Assembly (NCBI GenBank): GCA_963804995.1
Contig: CAWDSK010000002.1
Coordinates: forward strand, 192,001-256,000
Reading direction: 5' to 3'
Source: an uncultured Acidobacteriota bacterium
GTDB taxonomy: Bacteria; Acidobacteriota; Terriglobia; UBA7540
DNA length: 64,000 nucleotides
Under the pieces are notes generated by a model. The model saw only the letters and a program-made list of their open reading frames with translations. It was not told the origin of the DNA and made no database searches. Below, one piece after another: positions 1 to 9,155 of this stretch (its first letter is position 1; each line of letters begins with the position of its first letter). The position numbers were made by a program, and so were the translations under genes.

Positions 1-710
1 AGAATGGAGGCGTACCCAACGGAATCCTCCGCCGCCTTCAGCTCCTCGAGCGTATGGCCCGGCTTCAGGTGACGGTCGCTCGCGTGCATGGTCACCACGC
101 GGTGTTTAACTTTCTGGAGCAACTCCAGCGGATCCTCGCCAGCCACGATCGCATTCGAGGGATCAAACTGCACCCCGAACCAGGGCGAATCGATCTGGTT
201 CACGATCTCCAGGAAAACGTCCTGCTGCTGGGCGAATTCGGGATGGGCCCAGAAGTTGTCTTTGTAATGATTTTCGATGGCGAGCACGACCCCACGCGCG
301 GAACTGTATTCCACGAGATCGCGAATGCACTCTACCACCCACCGCACTCCCTGCTGGCGCGAAACTTCCGGGCGGCGTTGTCCGGAAAGCACGCGGCAGA
401 ACTTCCCGCCTAGTCGCACGGTGACGTCCACGACGCGCTTCTCACGCTCCACTTCTTCGCGGCGCTCTTCGGCTCTCGGTCGCGTGAAGTCCGGGGAGTA
501 GCACATCATGGGCATTGCCAGGTTGTGGACGGTGAGTGCGGCCGAGACCTTTTCGAGGTAGGCCTCCTCGAAACTCTCCAGGAATCCGTCGTAAAGTTCC
601 AGACCGTCAACCGGCAAATCAGCGGCCATCTCAATCCACTGGAAGATACTCATGGTGCGGTCGCGCACCAGTTCGTCCATATAACATTTGGGGAAGGCCG
701 CAAGTTTCAT
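1..710 (-). CDS. Sugar phosphate isomerase/epimerase (TIM barrel), runs off the window start
   Basis: Not in the ORF track. Manual translation from ATG at 710 gives MKLAAFPKCYMDELVRDRTMSIFQWIEMAADLPVDGLELYDGFL...; its start overlaps the SDR stop (ATGA). Confidence 0.75.
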   Translation of the reverse strand, partial: MKLAAFPKCYMDELVRDRTMSIFQWIEMAADLPVDGLELYDGFLESFEEAYLEKVSAALTVHNLAMPMMCYSPDFTRPRAEERREEVEREKRVVDVTVRLGGKFCRVLSGQRRPEVSRQQGVRWVVECIRDLVEYSSARGVVLAIENHYKDNFWAHPEFAQQQDVFLEIVNQIDSPWFGVQFDPSNAIVAGEDPLELLQKVKHRVVTMHASDRHLKPGHTLEELKAAEDSVGYASI

Positions 711-1552
711 TTCAGGATGGCTCCGGGACTTTCCAATTCGATCGGGGCGTTGAAAGGGAGTTGTTCATAATCGATTACGGCGCCGGAAATCAGCTCGTTG
801 GTAGCGAAGAACAGGGCGGCGTTGGCGATATCTCCGGGCAGCAAGAGGCGGCCGTAGGGGCGCGTCTTCAGCGCGTCCTCCAGCCAGTTTTCGCCTTTGC
901 CCTCCACCACCGACTGCGTGTAGTGCTCCCCTTCGGTCAGCACCCAGCCGGGATTAATCTGATTCACGCGAATGCAGTATTTCACCAGGTAATTTGACAG
1001 ATTGATCGTGAAGGTCATCAGCCCGCCTTTGGCGGCGGAATAGGCCAGCACCTTCTTCAGCCCGCAATGCGCGTTCACTGAGCCGATGTTAATGATGCAA
1101 CCGCTGCGGCGCTCCTTCATGTGGCGCACGGCCTCCTGGGTGATGAGGAATGGGGCGCGTAGATTGGTCTCCAGGATCTCGTCGAAGAGCTCGCGGGAAG
1201 TGTCCTCAATCGTGCCGCGGTGCACCACACCGGCGTTGTTCACCAGAATGTCGACCCGGCCGAAGCGCTCCAGGGCTTTCCGGACGATGTCGCGGCAGTG
1301 AGCTTCGTCGCGGACGTCACCGGTCACGAGCGCTGCCTGGCTTCCGGCAGCTTCAATCGCCTGTACAGTTTTTTCGCCGCCCGCCCGCTGACTGTCTCTT
1401 CCGTGCACCAGCACCTGTGCACCATGCTCGCCGAGCTTCCGGGCGATTCCAGAGCCGATGCCCTGCGTTGACCCCGTAACAACTGCTACCTGGCCTGTAA
1501 GCGGTCGCTTGCCATCATTAGCCTTATCCATGGGCTCCCCCTGGCGATTCAC
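707..1552 (-). CDS. Short-chain dehydrogenase/reductase
   Basis: TGSTQGIG, NNAG and YSAAK motifs. Confidence 0.9.
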   Translation of the reverse strand: MNRQGEPMDKANDGKRPLTGQVAVVTGSTQGIGSGIARKLGEHGAQVLVHGRDSQRAGGEKTVQAIEAAGSQAALVTGDVRDEAHCRDIVRKALERFGRVDILVNNAGVVHRGTIEDTSRELFDEILETNLRAPFLITQEAVRHMKERRSGCIINIGSVNAHCGLKKVLAYSAAKGGLMTFTINLSNYLVKYCIRVNQINPGWVLTEGEHYTQSVVEGKGENWLEDALKTRPYGRLLLPGDIANAALFFATNELISGAVIDYEQLPFNAPIELESPGAILK

Positions 1553-1555
1553 TCC

Positions 1556-2629
1556 TCACGCTTTTGTTCGTGTAGGAGTCAAGACAGCTTTCACAATTTG
1601 CGCGCTGCCCATTTCCTCAAAACACGCACGCCAATTAGCGAACGGTTCGATCCGGTCCACGATGCGCAGAGGATCGAGCTTCCCTGAGGCGAGCAGCGCG
1701 ATTACTTTTTCCCAGATATGAAAATTGTGGCTAAAGCTCCCCTGGAGTTGCACCGCTTTCTGCACCAGAGGGTCGAGTGAAAAGTTGAGCGGCTGCGGTC
1801 CCCACCCGACTTTGGCGATTTGCCCTCCCGGCCGGACTGCCGCGAGCGCCGTTTTAAGTGAAGCGGAGGCGCCGGCCGCGTCGATCACGACGTCCACTCC
1901 AAACCCGTCTCCCAATCCCCGCAGAACTTCCCGAAGCTGCTCCTCGCCCTCACTCACCGTGGCGTCGACACCCAACGTCTGAGCGGCCTTGAGGCGCGTC
2001 GCGTCTTGCTTCAGCCCCACGACACCCAGCCAGCTTGCCCCCGAAAGGCGCGCCACCTCGAGGCATAGCAAGCCAATCGGTCCCGGGCCCAGGATCAGAA
2101 CGGAATCACCGGGGCGGATTTGGGTCTTCCCGCAGGTGGCGTTGTAAGCCACGCAGCAGGGCTCAGTAAGCGCGGCCTTCTCAAACGATACGGAATCCGG
2201 CAGGTGGTGCAAGCAGCGTGCCGGTACCTTCACCCATTCCGCCATGGCGCCGTCCACGCCGTAACCAAAGCCCCGCCGCTCGGGGCAAAGATTGTATTCA
2301 CCGGTTCGGCAGTAGATGCATTGGCCGCAGATGCGAGCAGCGGTTTCAGAAACTACCCGGTCGCCCTCGCGAAACCCGCGCACTGCCTTGCCCAAGGCTC
2401 CCACTACACCCGTGAACTCGTGCCCCAAGATCACCGGTACATTAACGGGCCAGCTTTGGCTATTATGAAATTGATGAACGTCGCTTCCACAAACTCCCAC
2501 GGCGCGCGTCCCGAGCAGCACCTCGTCTTCGGCCAATTCCCCGGGCTTTGGGACCTCGCGCAATTCTACCGCGCGCTCCTTGATGGCATAGTGAACGATC
2601 GCGGTCATGGAACCAGTCGACATATGCAA
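1556..2629 (-). CDS. Zinc-dependent alcohol/polyol dehydrogenase (MDR family)
   Basis: CGSDVH, GHEFTG, C-x2-C-x2-C-x7-C structural Zn site, GPGPIG. Confidence 0.9.
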   Translation of the reverse strand: MHMSTGSMTAIVHYAIKERAVELREVPKPGELAEDEVLLGTRAVGVCGSDVHQFHNSQSWPVNVPVILGHEFTGVVGALGKAVRGFREGDRVVSETAARICGQCIYCRTGEYNLCPERRGFGYGVDGAMAEWVKVPARCLHHLPDSVSFEKAALTEPCCVAYNATCGKTQIRPGDSVLILGPGPIGLLCLEVARLSGASWLGVVGLKQDATRLKAAQTLGVDATVSEGEEQLREVLRGLGDGFGVDVVIDAAGASASLKTALAAVRPGGQIAKVGWGPQPLNFSLDPLVQKAVQLQGSFSHNFHIWEKVIALLASGKLDPLRIVDRIEPFANWRACFEEMGSAQIVKAVLTPTRTKA

Positions 2630-2667
2630 TTCCTTCTAGGCTTGACAATCGAAAACCGAAAACGCAA

Positions 2668-2772
2668 GTCAGGAGTCAGAATGCAATGGACTCTTTTAAG
2701 GCACCAGAGCCCCCCCGCCGCTTGTATCCATTATGCGATTCTGGCTTCTAGCTCCTGACTTCTGATTCCTGT
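2668..2772. repeat. Heptamer-type inverted intergenic repeat (agtcaggagtcaga ... ttctggcttctagctcctgacttctga)
   Basis: Same 7-mer family recurs at 53455-53540 and 55827-55860. Confidence 0.6.
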
Positions 2773-2774
2773 TC

Positions 2775-3477
2775 TCAGCCCCGCAGCTTGGCAATAATCT
2801 CGCGCAGCAATCCTTCCAGGTCGTGCGAGGGAGATTTGAAAGCGTCTGCGTCAACCGTGAGGGGAGCGCCGAGCACTAGATGATAGACGCCGTACTGCGG
2901 CAGTTGCAAGACCTGTTCCACGGAAAGGCCGCCTACCGCTTGCACAGGAATACTGACAGCATTCACGACGGCCCGGAGCTCGTTCGAGCGGGCTGGGCAT
3001 CACTCCACCATGGGCGGCAATCACCGCTGGGTCGCGGCGTTCGTCGTAGCCCACGTGGTGCACAATGTAGTCCACTCCCAGGTCCTGCATCATGCGGGAG
3101 GCGGCGGGCTTATCCTCGCAGCCCAGATCGTCGCCCATGACTTTCACTCCGTAGTCGCGGCCCGCTTTCACCACAACCTTGATGGTCGCCGGATGCGAGC
3201 GCGCCATTACCACGACGTGCGTCGCGCCTGCTTTGGCCATCATTTCGGCCTCCAGGTAGCCCCCGTCCATGGTCTTCAAATCCGCCACCACGGGATAATC
3301 CGGAAACTCACGCCGCAACGCCTGGACCGCGTGCAGGCCCTCTCCCAGAATGAGAGGCGTCCCCGCTTCCAGCCAGTCCACTCCGGCGCGCACGGCTTTG
3401 CGGGCGTGGTCCAGGGCTTCTTCAATGGTGGTCAGGTTGAGCGAAATTTGCACGATGGGTTGAGTAGACATGGTCAT
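2775..3477 (-). CDS. 3-hexulose-6-phosphate synthase-like (OMPDC/HUMPS family), frameshifted near 2985
   Basis: LEAGTPLI and DLKTMDGG motifs. ORFs 2851-3477 and 2775-2966 join (PSPLEELRAVVNAVSIPVQAVGG) after a 1-nt correction. Confidence 0.8.
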
Positions 3478-3738
3478 GGCATCCTCAAGCGATCACGCTG
3501 TTGCCGAAATGCGAAGGAAGAAGGTACCCCACTTTCGCGGATACCTCAATGGTCCTCTGAATAGGTTTGCAGCCAGTGGTGTGTAAAATGTCAGCCATCC
3601 CGGAAATCAATTGTCAGGAGAGGTGCAGTCCTGTAAGCTCGGCCTGCCATAAACCGGCAGCGGGAAGAAGGGCCGCTGGGGCCTCTCTTCGCGCTGAGGT
3701 TTTGTACAGGACCACAGAATCGAGTTGGGAGGTGGACG

Positions 3739-4647
3739 ATGAATCGGCGTGACTTCTCAAAGACTCTTGCCGGGGCGACCCTCGGTACGGCCGCGCTCGC
3801 GGTCGAACCCCTTGCATTTCCTCTGCACTCCGTTGCGGACGGCAGCGTGGTGGAAACGCCCTTCAAGATTTCCGTCATGCTCTGGACGGTTTTCTCCAAA
3901 CTGCCCTTCGAACAACGTCTGGAAAAAGTTGGAGAGGCGGGATACCGGGCCGTCGAGTTGGTGGGTGAGACAGCGAAGTGGACGGAGGAAGATTTTCGCC
4001 GGGCCAACCGCAAGCGCCGCGAGTTGGGCATCACATTCGATGTCACGGCTGGCCTCAAGCACGGTGTTGCTGACCCACGCACGCGGGAGAGTCTGCTCGC
4101 CGATGTCCGCGACCAGTTGAAAGTCATGGAGAAGATCGAGTGCCCCGCGCTGATCATCATGTCGGGTAATGTCGCGCCTGACCTCTCCCCGCAGGCACAG
4201 CACGCAAGTTGTGTGGAAGGCCTGAAGCGCGCGGCGGAACTTGTGGAAGGGAAAGGCGTGACCCTGCTGCTGGAGAATATCGATCTTGAGGAAAACCCGC
4301 AATACTACCTCTGGTCAGTCCCCGAGGCATTCAAGGTCATTGAGGAAGTCAATCATCCTCAGGTCAAATTCCTTTACGATTTTTTCCACGCCCAGATATC
4401 GGGTGGGAACTTGATCGCGAACCTCGAAAAGAACATCAACAAGGTTGGACTGGTTCACATTGCCGATGTCCCCGGTCGCCACGAGCCCGGCACGGGCGAA
4501 ATCAATTACCCCAACATCTACAGGAAGCTTGCCGGGTTGAATTACAACCGCTACGTTGCCATGGAATTCCATCCCACGGGTGACCCGATCAAAATCCTTG
4601 CTGCCGCGCGTGAGGACGCCCTGCACGCTGCGCAAGCCAAGGGTTAG
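3739..4647 (+). CDS. Hydroxypyruvate isomerase-like TIM barrel protein with Tat signal
   Basis: NRRDF twin-arginine motif; YDFFHAQ and HIADVPGRHEPGTGEINY motifs. Confidence 0.85.
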   Translation: MNRRDFSKTLAGATLGTAALAVEPLAFPLHSVADGSVVETPFKISVMLWTVFSKLPFEQRLEKVGEAGYRAVELVGETAKWTEEDFRRANRKRRELGITFDVTAGLKHGVADPRTRESLLADVRDQLKVMEKIECPALIIMSGNVAPDLSPQAQHASCVEGLKRAAELVEGKGVTLLLENIDLEENPQYYLWSVPEAFKVIEEVNHPQVKFLYDFFHAQISGGNLIANLEKNINKVGLVHIADVPGRHEPGTGEINYPNIYRKLAGLNYNRYVAMEFHPTGDPIKILAAAREDALHAAQAKG

Positions 4648-4718
4648 GTTTGGACTGTCAGTGGAATAAACTTTATCAGGCGCTTATTGAATCCGGTCAC
4701 GCCACAGGTACTCGCGAT

Positions 4719-5567
4719 TCACGCCAGCTTGGCAAGCCGGGTGGAAACTTCCTTTTTGAAGTTCTCAATGAATCCCAGAATGTACTCGGTGGGATCGAGC
4801 GTCACGTTCACAATCAGGGGAATGAGATCGACGCCGTAAATGATGGCGGTGCTTTCGTCTACGGAGTGTGAAGCGAAGTATGTAGCATTGGCCCTACGCC
4901 TGCCCCAGGTAGCCAGGTCGTAACGCTTGCCACCGCAGATCTGCGAATCGAAAATCCCCACAAGCGATAAGGCCAGATTCTCTCTTTCGTGCACATCGAA
5001 GACGACCTTGTCTTCGTCGTTCAGCCAATCAAGGCTCCGCCACACCTCGCAGCCGTAAAAGTGCGCCGGGCGCGCCTCGCGGGGTAGTTCGCGTAGCGCG
5101 CGGATGGTGCGCAAGGCCACGGAGACATGAGTGTCGTGCTTGTCAGCGAGATTGTGGGTGTAAATCACCTGCGGGCGCGTGGCATCCACAACCTGCTTGA
5201 GGTCAGCAATCACGTGAGCGTTCTTGCTGTCCTTCACTTCGCCGCTTGTGTAATCCAGAAAAACCTGCGCTGCGTATTCACCCACGAACGCAGCCTTCTT
5301 CTGCTCGGCTCGGCGCACCTTCTGCATGTCTTCATCCGTAAAGTGCGCGTAAATGCCCTCGCGCGCGCTGCCCGCTCCATTCGTCACCGTCAGATTCGAA
5401 AAGTGCCGGTCGTCGCGGCCAAAGCATTCCAGGATCCCGTGATAAGCCATGATTTCGGTGTCGTCCTGGTGAGCGCCGATGGCCATGTGTGTGGTGCGAG
5501 CGAACGCCCCTTCCGCTGGCAACCCATCCGGCACGTAAATCTCGGAGGTAGATTTGTAAAGGTTCAT
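4719..5567 (-). CDS. PIG-L/LmbE family deacetylase
   Basis: AHQDD and DKHDTH motifs. Confidence 0.85.
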   Translation of the reverse strand: MNLYKSTSEIYVPDGLPAEGAFARTTHMAIGAHQDDTEIMAYHGILECFGRDDRHFSNLTVTNGAGSAREGIYAHFTDEDMQKVRRAEQKKAAFVGEYAAQVFLDYTSGEVKDSKNAHVIADLKQVVDATRPQVIYTHNLADKHDTHVSVALRTIRALRELPREARPAHFYGCEVWRSLDWLNDEDKVVFDVHERENLALSLVGIFDSQICGGKRYDLATWGRRRANATYFASHSVDESTAIIYGVDLIPLIVNVTLDPTEYILGFIENFKKEVSTRLAKLA

Positions 5568-5585
5568 GGCTTGGTCTCCTGATAC

Positions 5586-7001
5586 TTATGGGATCATGGG
5601 CAAGCTGGCCGCCGCGACCGCCTGGCCCACCCGGCGGCTTGATTCATCGGGCAGGTTGAGGGCCAGCTTCGCTGCGAGTTCCGGAAACTCCTTCTGCAAC
5701 ACTTGTCGGGCGCCGTTCAGGATAATGCTTCCGCCCTCTCCAGAAGTGACCCGCCCCAGGATGAGCACATGCCGCAGCTCGTAGAAGTCGGCATAATGAG
5801 CGACGCCATAGCCCACGTAGCAGCCGATGGTTTCGAAGATTAACCGCGCGCGCGCGTCGCCTTGGGCAAGCAGTTCCTGCACGGACTTGAGCTTGTCCGC
5901 CAGACCCAGTTTCGAGTCAAGCGTGATGCCCGCCAGGGGCGCGAGCCGAAACACCGCCTGTTGCGAGAAGTAATTGGCGCCCACGCCGCGGTCGCCCGAC
6001 CACTCATCGATGGGGGCGTCGGGATCGTAATCAACCGGACAGAAAGCGAGTTCGTTCAGCCAAGTGGTCAGCTCACCTGTCGGTGTCACGTACCCGCCTG
6101 CCTCGCTCGATCCCAGCGCCACGCCCAGCACTGCGGCGTCGTGCAGCGACATGGCCCCGGCCAGCGCCGTCACTTCGCCATCGTTCACAACGTCAAACGG
6201 GATTCCGCCCCACGCCTGTTTCAAGTCCGTAAACAGATTGCGAATCCTGGTGTCAAACAGGGGTTTGGGGATTCCCCGGTATAGCGAACCTACGCGCGGG
6301 CGGTTATCGATGTACACGCCGGCGGCGCTGCCCCCCACTGCATCGACGCGCGGCAAGTGCTGGGCAGCCGATTCGAGCGCCGCGTTAATCTGGTTGAAGT
6401 GATAGCTGGGATCAGTGGCATTGCGCGGATCCCAAACCACCTCTTCTGTGTAAACCGGTTCGCCATCTTTCACCGCAGCCACTTTGCGATCGCTCGCGCC
6501 CAGATCGAAGCCGATCCGGCAACCTTCCAAGTGTCCACCCAAGCGCACCGCGTCCTCGTGGGGTGGCGGAACCTTCTCGGCTTCGGTGATCTCGACTGTG
6601 AAGGGGTGCTCGTAAATTCCCGCCATAAAATCGGCGTCGAATGCCCGCGCATCTCGAGGCGAGTAAACCTGCCGGATGTATTCGCCGACGCTCGGTGGCC
6701 CTCCGACGATAACGCGCCATCCCCCTCTTTGCCAGAGCAGCATTTTCACAACCCGCTCGGCAAAAGGCAAATTCAGCGCAGCAGACGGCGCGCCTTCCTC
6801 GAAGCATTCGGTTCGGTACACGGAAATCGCTTGGCTGCCGCGCTCCAATCCGATCACCAAAGGAACTGCGTGACCGGAGCTTCGCGCAGAATTCCAGAAT
6901 GAGTGATTTGCTAAAACTGCCGGGGCAAACCCCGGGTGAAGTGGTGGGATAACGCGCGCTACGGCCCTCTTAGAGGAATCTTTCATGTTTGAAGCTCCCA
7001 T
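5586..7001 (-). CDS. ROK family protein (sugar kinase-like) with N-terminal extension
   Basis: GFDLGASD, VVNDGEV, LGSSEAGG; start may be Met at 6986. Confidence 0.8.
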   Translation of the reverse strand: MGASNMKDSSKRAVARVIPPLHPGFAPAVLANHSFWNSARSSGHAVPLVIGLERGSQAISVYRTECFEEGAPSAALNLPFAERVVKMLLWQRGGWRVIVGGPPSVGEYIRQVYSPRDARAFDADFMAGIYEHPFTVEITEAEKVPPPHEDAVRLGGHLEGCRIGFDLGASDRKVAAVKDGEPVYTEEVVWDPRNATDPSYHFNQINAALESAAQHLPRVDAVGGSAAGVYIDNRPRVGSLYRGIPKPLFDTRIRNLFTDLKQAWGGIPFDVVNDGEVTALAGAMSLHDAAVLGVALGSSEAGGYVTPTGELTTWLNELAFCPVDYDPDAPIDEWSGDRGVGANYFSQQAVFRLAPLAGITLDSKLGLADKLKSVQELLAQGDARARLIFETIGCYVGYGVAHYADFYELRHVLILGRVTSGEGGSIILNGARQVLQKEFPELAAKLALNLPDESSRRVGQAVAAASLPMIP

Positions 7002-7175
7002 GCTACCGCCAAAAAACGTAAGCAGCCGTAAACATCCGGAACACCATGATAGGAGCGCTGCCCCGCCGGGTCAACGTGGCAAAAAGTCTTACATGGCGGG
7101 AGGGGCATTTCCGGTTGTAGGAGTCTCCCCTGAATCTGGGACAGCCCGGCTGGGAGTGGCTGAAGTGACCGACTC

Positions 7176-7225
7176 ACTTTGCATCACAAAGTACTTGACA
7201 ATAGTTTTCAGCTCCTGTATACACT
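7176..7225 (+). promoter_or_regulatory. Palindromic operator ACTTTG-N5-CAAAGT next to a sigma70-like promoter
   Basis: Palindrome at 7176-7192, TTGACA at 7195-7200, TATACACT at 7218-7225; a second operator copy lies at 8258-8274. Confidence 0.6.
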
Positions 7226-7229
7226 CCCC

Positions 7230-7844
7230 ATGCCCTGTGCCGGCACAGTTCGGACTCGTCACTCGCGGCCCGCCCCGCAGCACGCCCATGCCATTGAGGA
7301 CCTCCGCTTCATTCGCGAGACCATGGAGAACGCCGCATCTTTCACCGCCGTCCCCGGATGGGGTGGTGTGGCGATGGGCGTGACGGCGCTTGCGACGGCC
7401 GCCGTTGCCCCTCAACCCGCGCGCTCCCAGGCGTGGCTGATCACCTGGTTGCTGGCTGCCGTGGGCGCTTTTGCTTTGGGCGCCCTGGCCATTTATTGGA
7501 AAGCGCGACGAGCGGGCACGCCGGTGCTTACGCGCCCTGGCCGCAAATTCGTTCTCAGCTTGTTTCCGCCGCTGCTGGCCGGGGCCATCCTCTCCCTTGC
7601 CCTTTTCGGAGCGGGAATGACGCGCCTGCTGCCGGGCGTCTGGCTGCTGCTTTACGGCGCCGGCATCATGTCGGCAGGAACTTTTTCCATCCGCGTGGTT
7701 CCGGTGATGGGCATGTGCTTTGTGCTGGCGGGCGCTGCCACCGTGTTCTGCCCCGCAGCCTGGGGCAATCTGATCATGGCGGCAGGATTCGGGGGGCTGC
7801 ACATTCTTTTCGGAGCAATTATCGCAAGGAGGTACGGTGGCTAG
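7230..7844 (+). CDS. Integral membrane protein (about 6 TM)
   Basis: Hydrophobic ORF (HAIEDLRFIRETME...) whose end overlaps the regulator start. Confidence 0.75.
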   Translation: MPCAGTVRTRHSRPAPQHAHAIEDLRFIRETMENAASFTAVPGWGGVAMGVTALATAAVAPQPARSQAWLITWLLAAVGAFALGALAIYWKARRAGTPVLTRPGRKFVLSLFPPLLAGAILSLALFGAGMTRLLPGVWLLLYGAGIMSAGTFSIRVVPVMGMCFVLAGAATVFCPAAWGNLIMAAGFGGLHILFGAIIARRYGG

Positions 7845-8229
7845 ATCGAACGCCCTCGCTGGGCACAGGTCAGGAGAAACTCGCCGCATGACGCGGGGTG
7901 GGCAGGTGGAACGCAAGGTATCGCCGGCCACCGCCGCGCCCGAGCTCGACCGCCTGATCCACGAGCGCATCCGCTTGGGAATTGTTAGCGCGCTGGCCGC
8001 GAATGAATCCCTGAGCTTCAACGATTTGAAGAAGCTGTTGCAGACGACCGACGGCAACCTCAGCGTCCATGCGCGCAAGCTCGAGGAAGCGAAATACATT
8101 GTTTGCGCGAAATACTTTGAAGGCCGGCTTCCGAAGACCGTATACCGCTTGACGACGAGTGGGCGGCAGGCGCTGGAGAGCTATCTGGATCAGATGGAAG
8201 CTCTGATTCACTCCATGCGCGGACGCTGA
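7837..8229 (+). CDS. Winged-helix transcriptional regulator (ArsR/MarR-like)
   Basis: LDRLIHERIRLGIVSAL...TDGNLSVHARKLEEAKY signature. Confidence 0.85.
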   Translation: MARSNALAGHRSGETRRMTRGGQVERKVSPATAAPELDRLIHERIRLGIVSALAANESLSFNDLKKLLQTTDGNLSVHARKLEEAKYIVCAKYFEGRLPKTVYRLTTSGRQALESYLDQMEALIHSMRGR

Positions 8230-8257
8230 CTTGCGGGGCAAATTTTTTTGCCTTTGT

Positions 8258-8274
8258 GCTTTGCGTTGCAAAGT
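8258..8274. promoter_or_regulatory. Second operator copy GCTTTG-N5-CAAAGT upstream of uppS
   Basis: Matches the palindrome at 7176-7192. Confidence 0.55.
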
Positions 8275-8365
8275 ACATTGTGGAATCACAACGCCATTTC
8301 GCGTGGACCCCCGATCTGCGAGGCAGCGCGCGGGACGGCGACCAAATTCATCGCGGAGAAACATT

Positions 8366-9100
8366 ATGTCCAACGGCAACGGCGATCAGTCCTTCGGCGT
8401 GGAGCGCGCGGGCCTGCACGTGGCGATCATCATGGATGGCAGCGGCCGCTGGGCCACAACTCGCGGCCTGGCGCGTTCCGCGGGCCACCGCGCGGGGCGC
8501 GCCGCCGTCTGCCGCGTCGTGGAAGCCGCGCTGTCCTGCGGCATTCGAGTGTTGACACTCTATGCCTTCTCTTCTGACAACTGGCACCGGCCGCCTCACG
8601 AGGTGGACGAGTTGTTGCGGATTTTCGAGGGCTTCTTCACCGTGGACGCGCCGCTACTAATCCGGCGCGGCATCCGGATCGGTGCCGTAGGGCGTCGCGA
8701 TCGCCTGCCCGCGTCTCTATTGGAAGCCATCGAATATGTGGAGGCCACAAGCCCGCGCGGGGATCAAGTGCAGGTGCGTCTCGCGATTGACTACTCTGGC
8801 CGCGAAGCTATCCTGCGCGCTGCCAGTCAATTCGGTCCAAGCTGCGATGCAGAAGTCTTTGCTCGTCTGCTCAGCGAAGCGGACCACGTGCCTGAGCCTG
8901 TTCCCGACGTAGATCTGCTGATTCGCACCGGCGGCGAGCAGCGCCTGAGCAATTGCCCGCTTTGGGAAGTTGCCTACGCCGAGCTGTATTTCACTTCCTG
9001 TCTGTGGCCCGACTTCGGCGCCACGGAGCTCGCCACTGCCGTTGAGGAGTTTCGCACGCGCCATCGCCGCTTCGGCCGAATCTTGGCCGGGGTGTCTTGA
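8366..9100 (+). CDS. uppS: Polyprenyl/undecaprenyl diphosphate synthase (cis-prenyltransferase)
   Basis: HVAIIMDGSGRWA, YAFSSDNWHRP, DLLIRTGGEQRLSN. Confidence 0.85.
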   Translation: MSNGNGDQSFGVERAGLHVAIIMDGSGRWATTRGLARSAGHRAGRAAVCRVVEAALSCGIRVLTLYAFSSDNWHRPPHEVDELLRIFEGFFTVDAPLLIRRGIRIGAVGRRDRLPASLLEAIEYVEATSPRGDQVQVRLAIDYSGREAILRAASQFGPSCDAEVFARLLSEADHVPEPVPDVDLLIRTGGEQRLSNCPLWEVAYAELYFTSCLWPDFGATELATAVEEFRTRHRRFGRILAGVS

Positions 9101-9155
9101 TTCGTGAATTCCTTGGCCTGTTGGTTTTACATCCATAAGGAGCGGAGCCTGGTCC

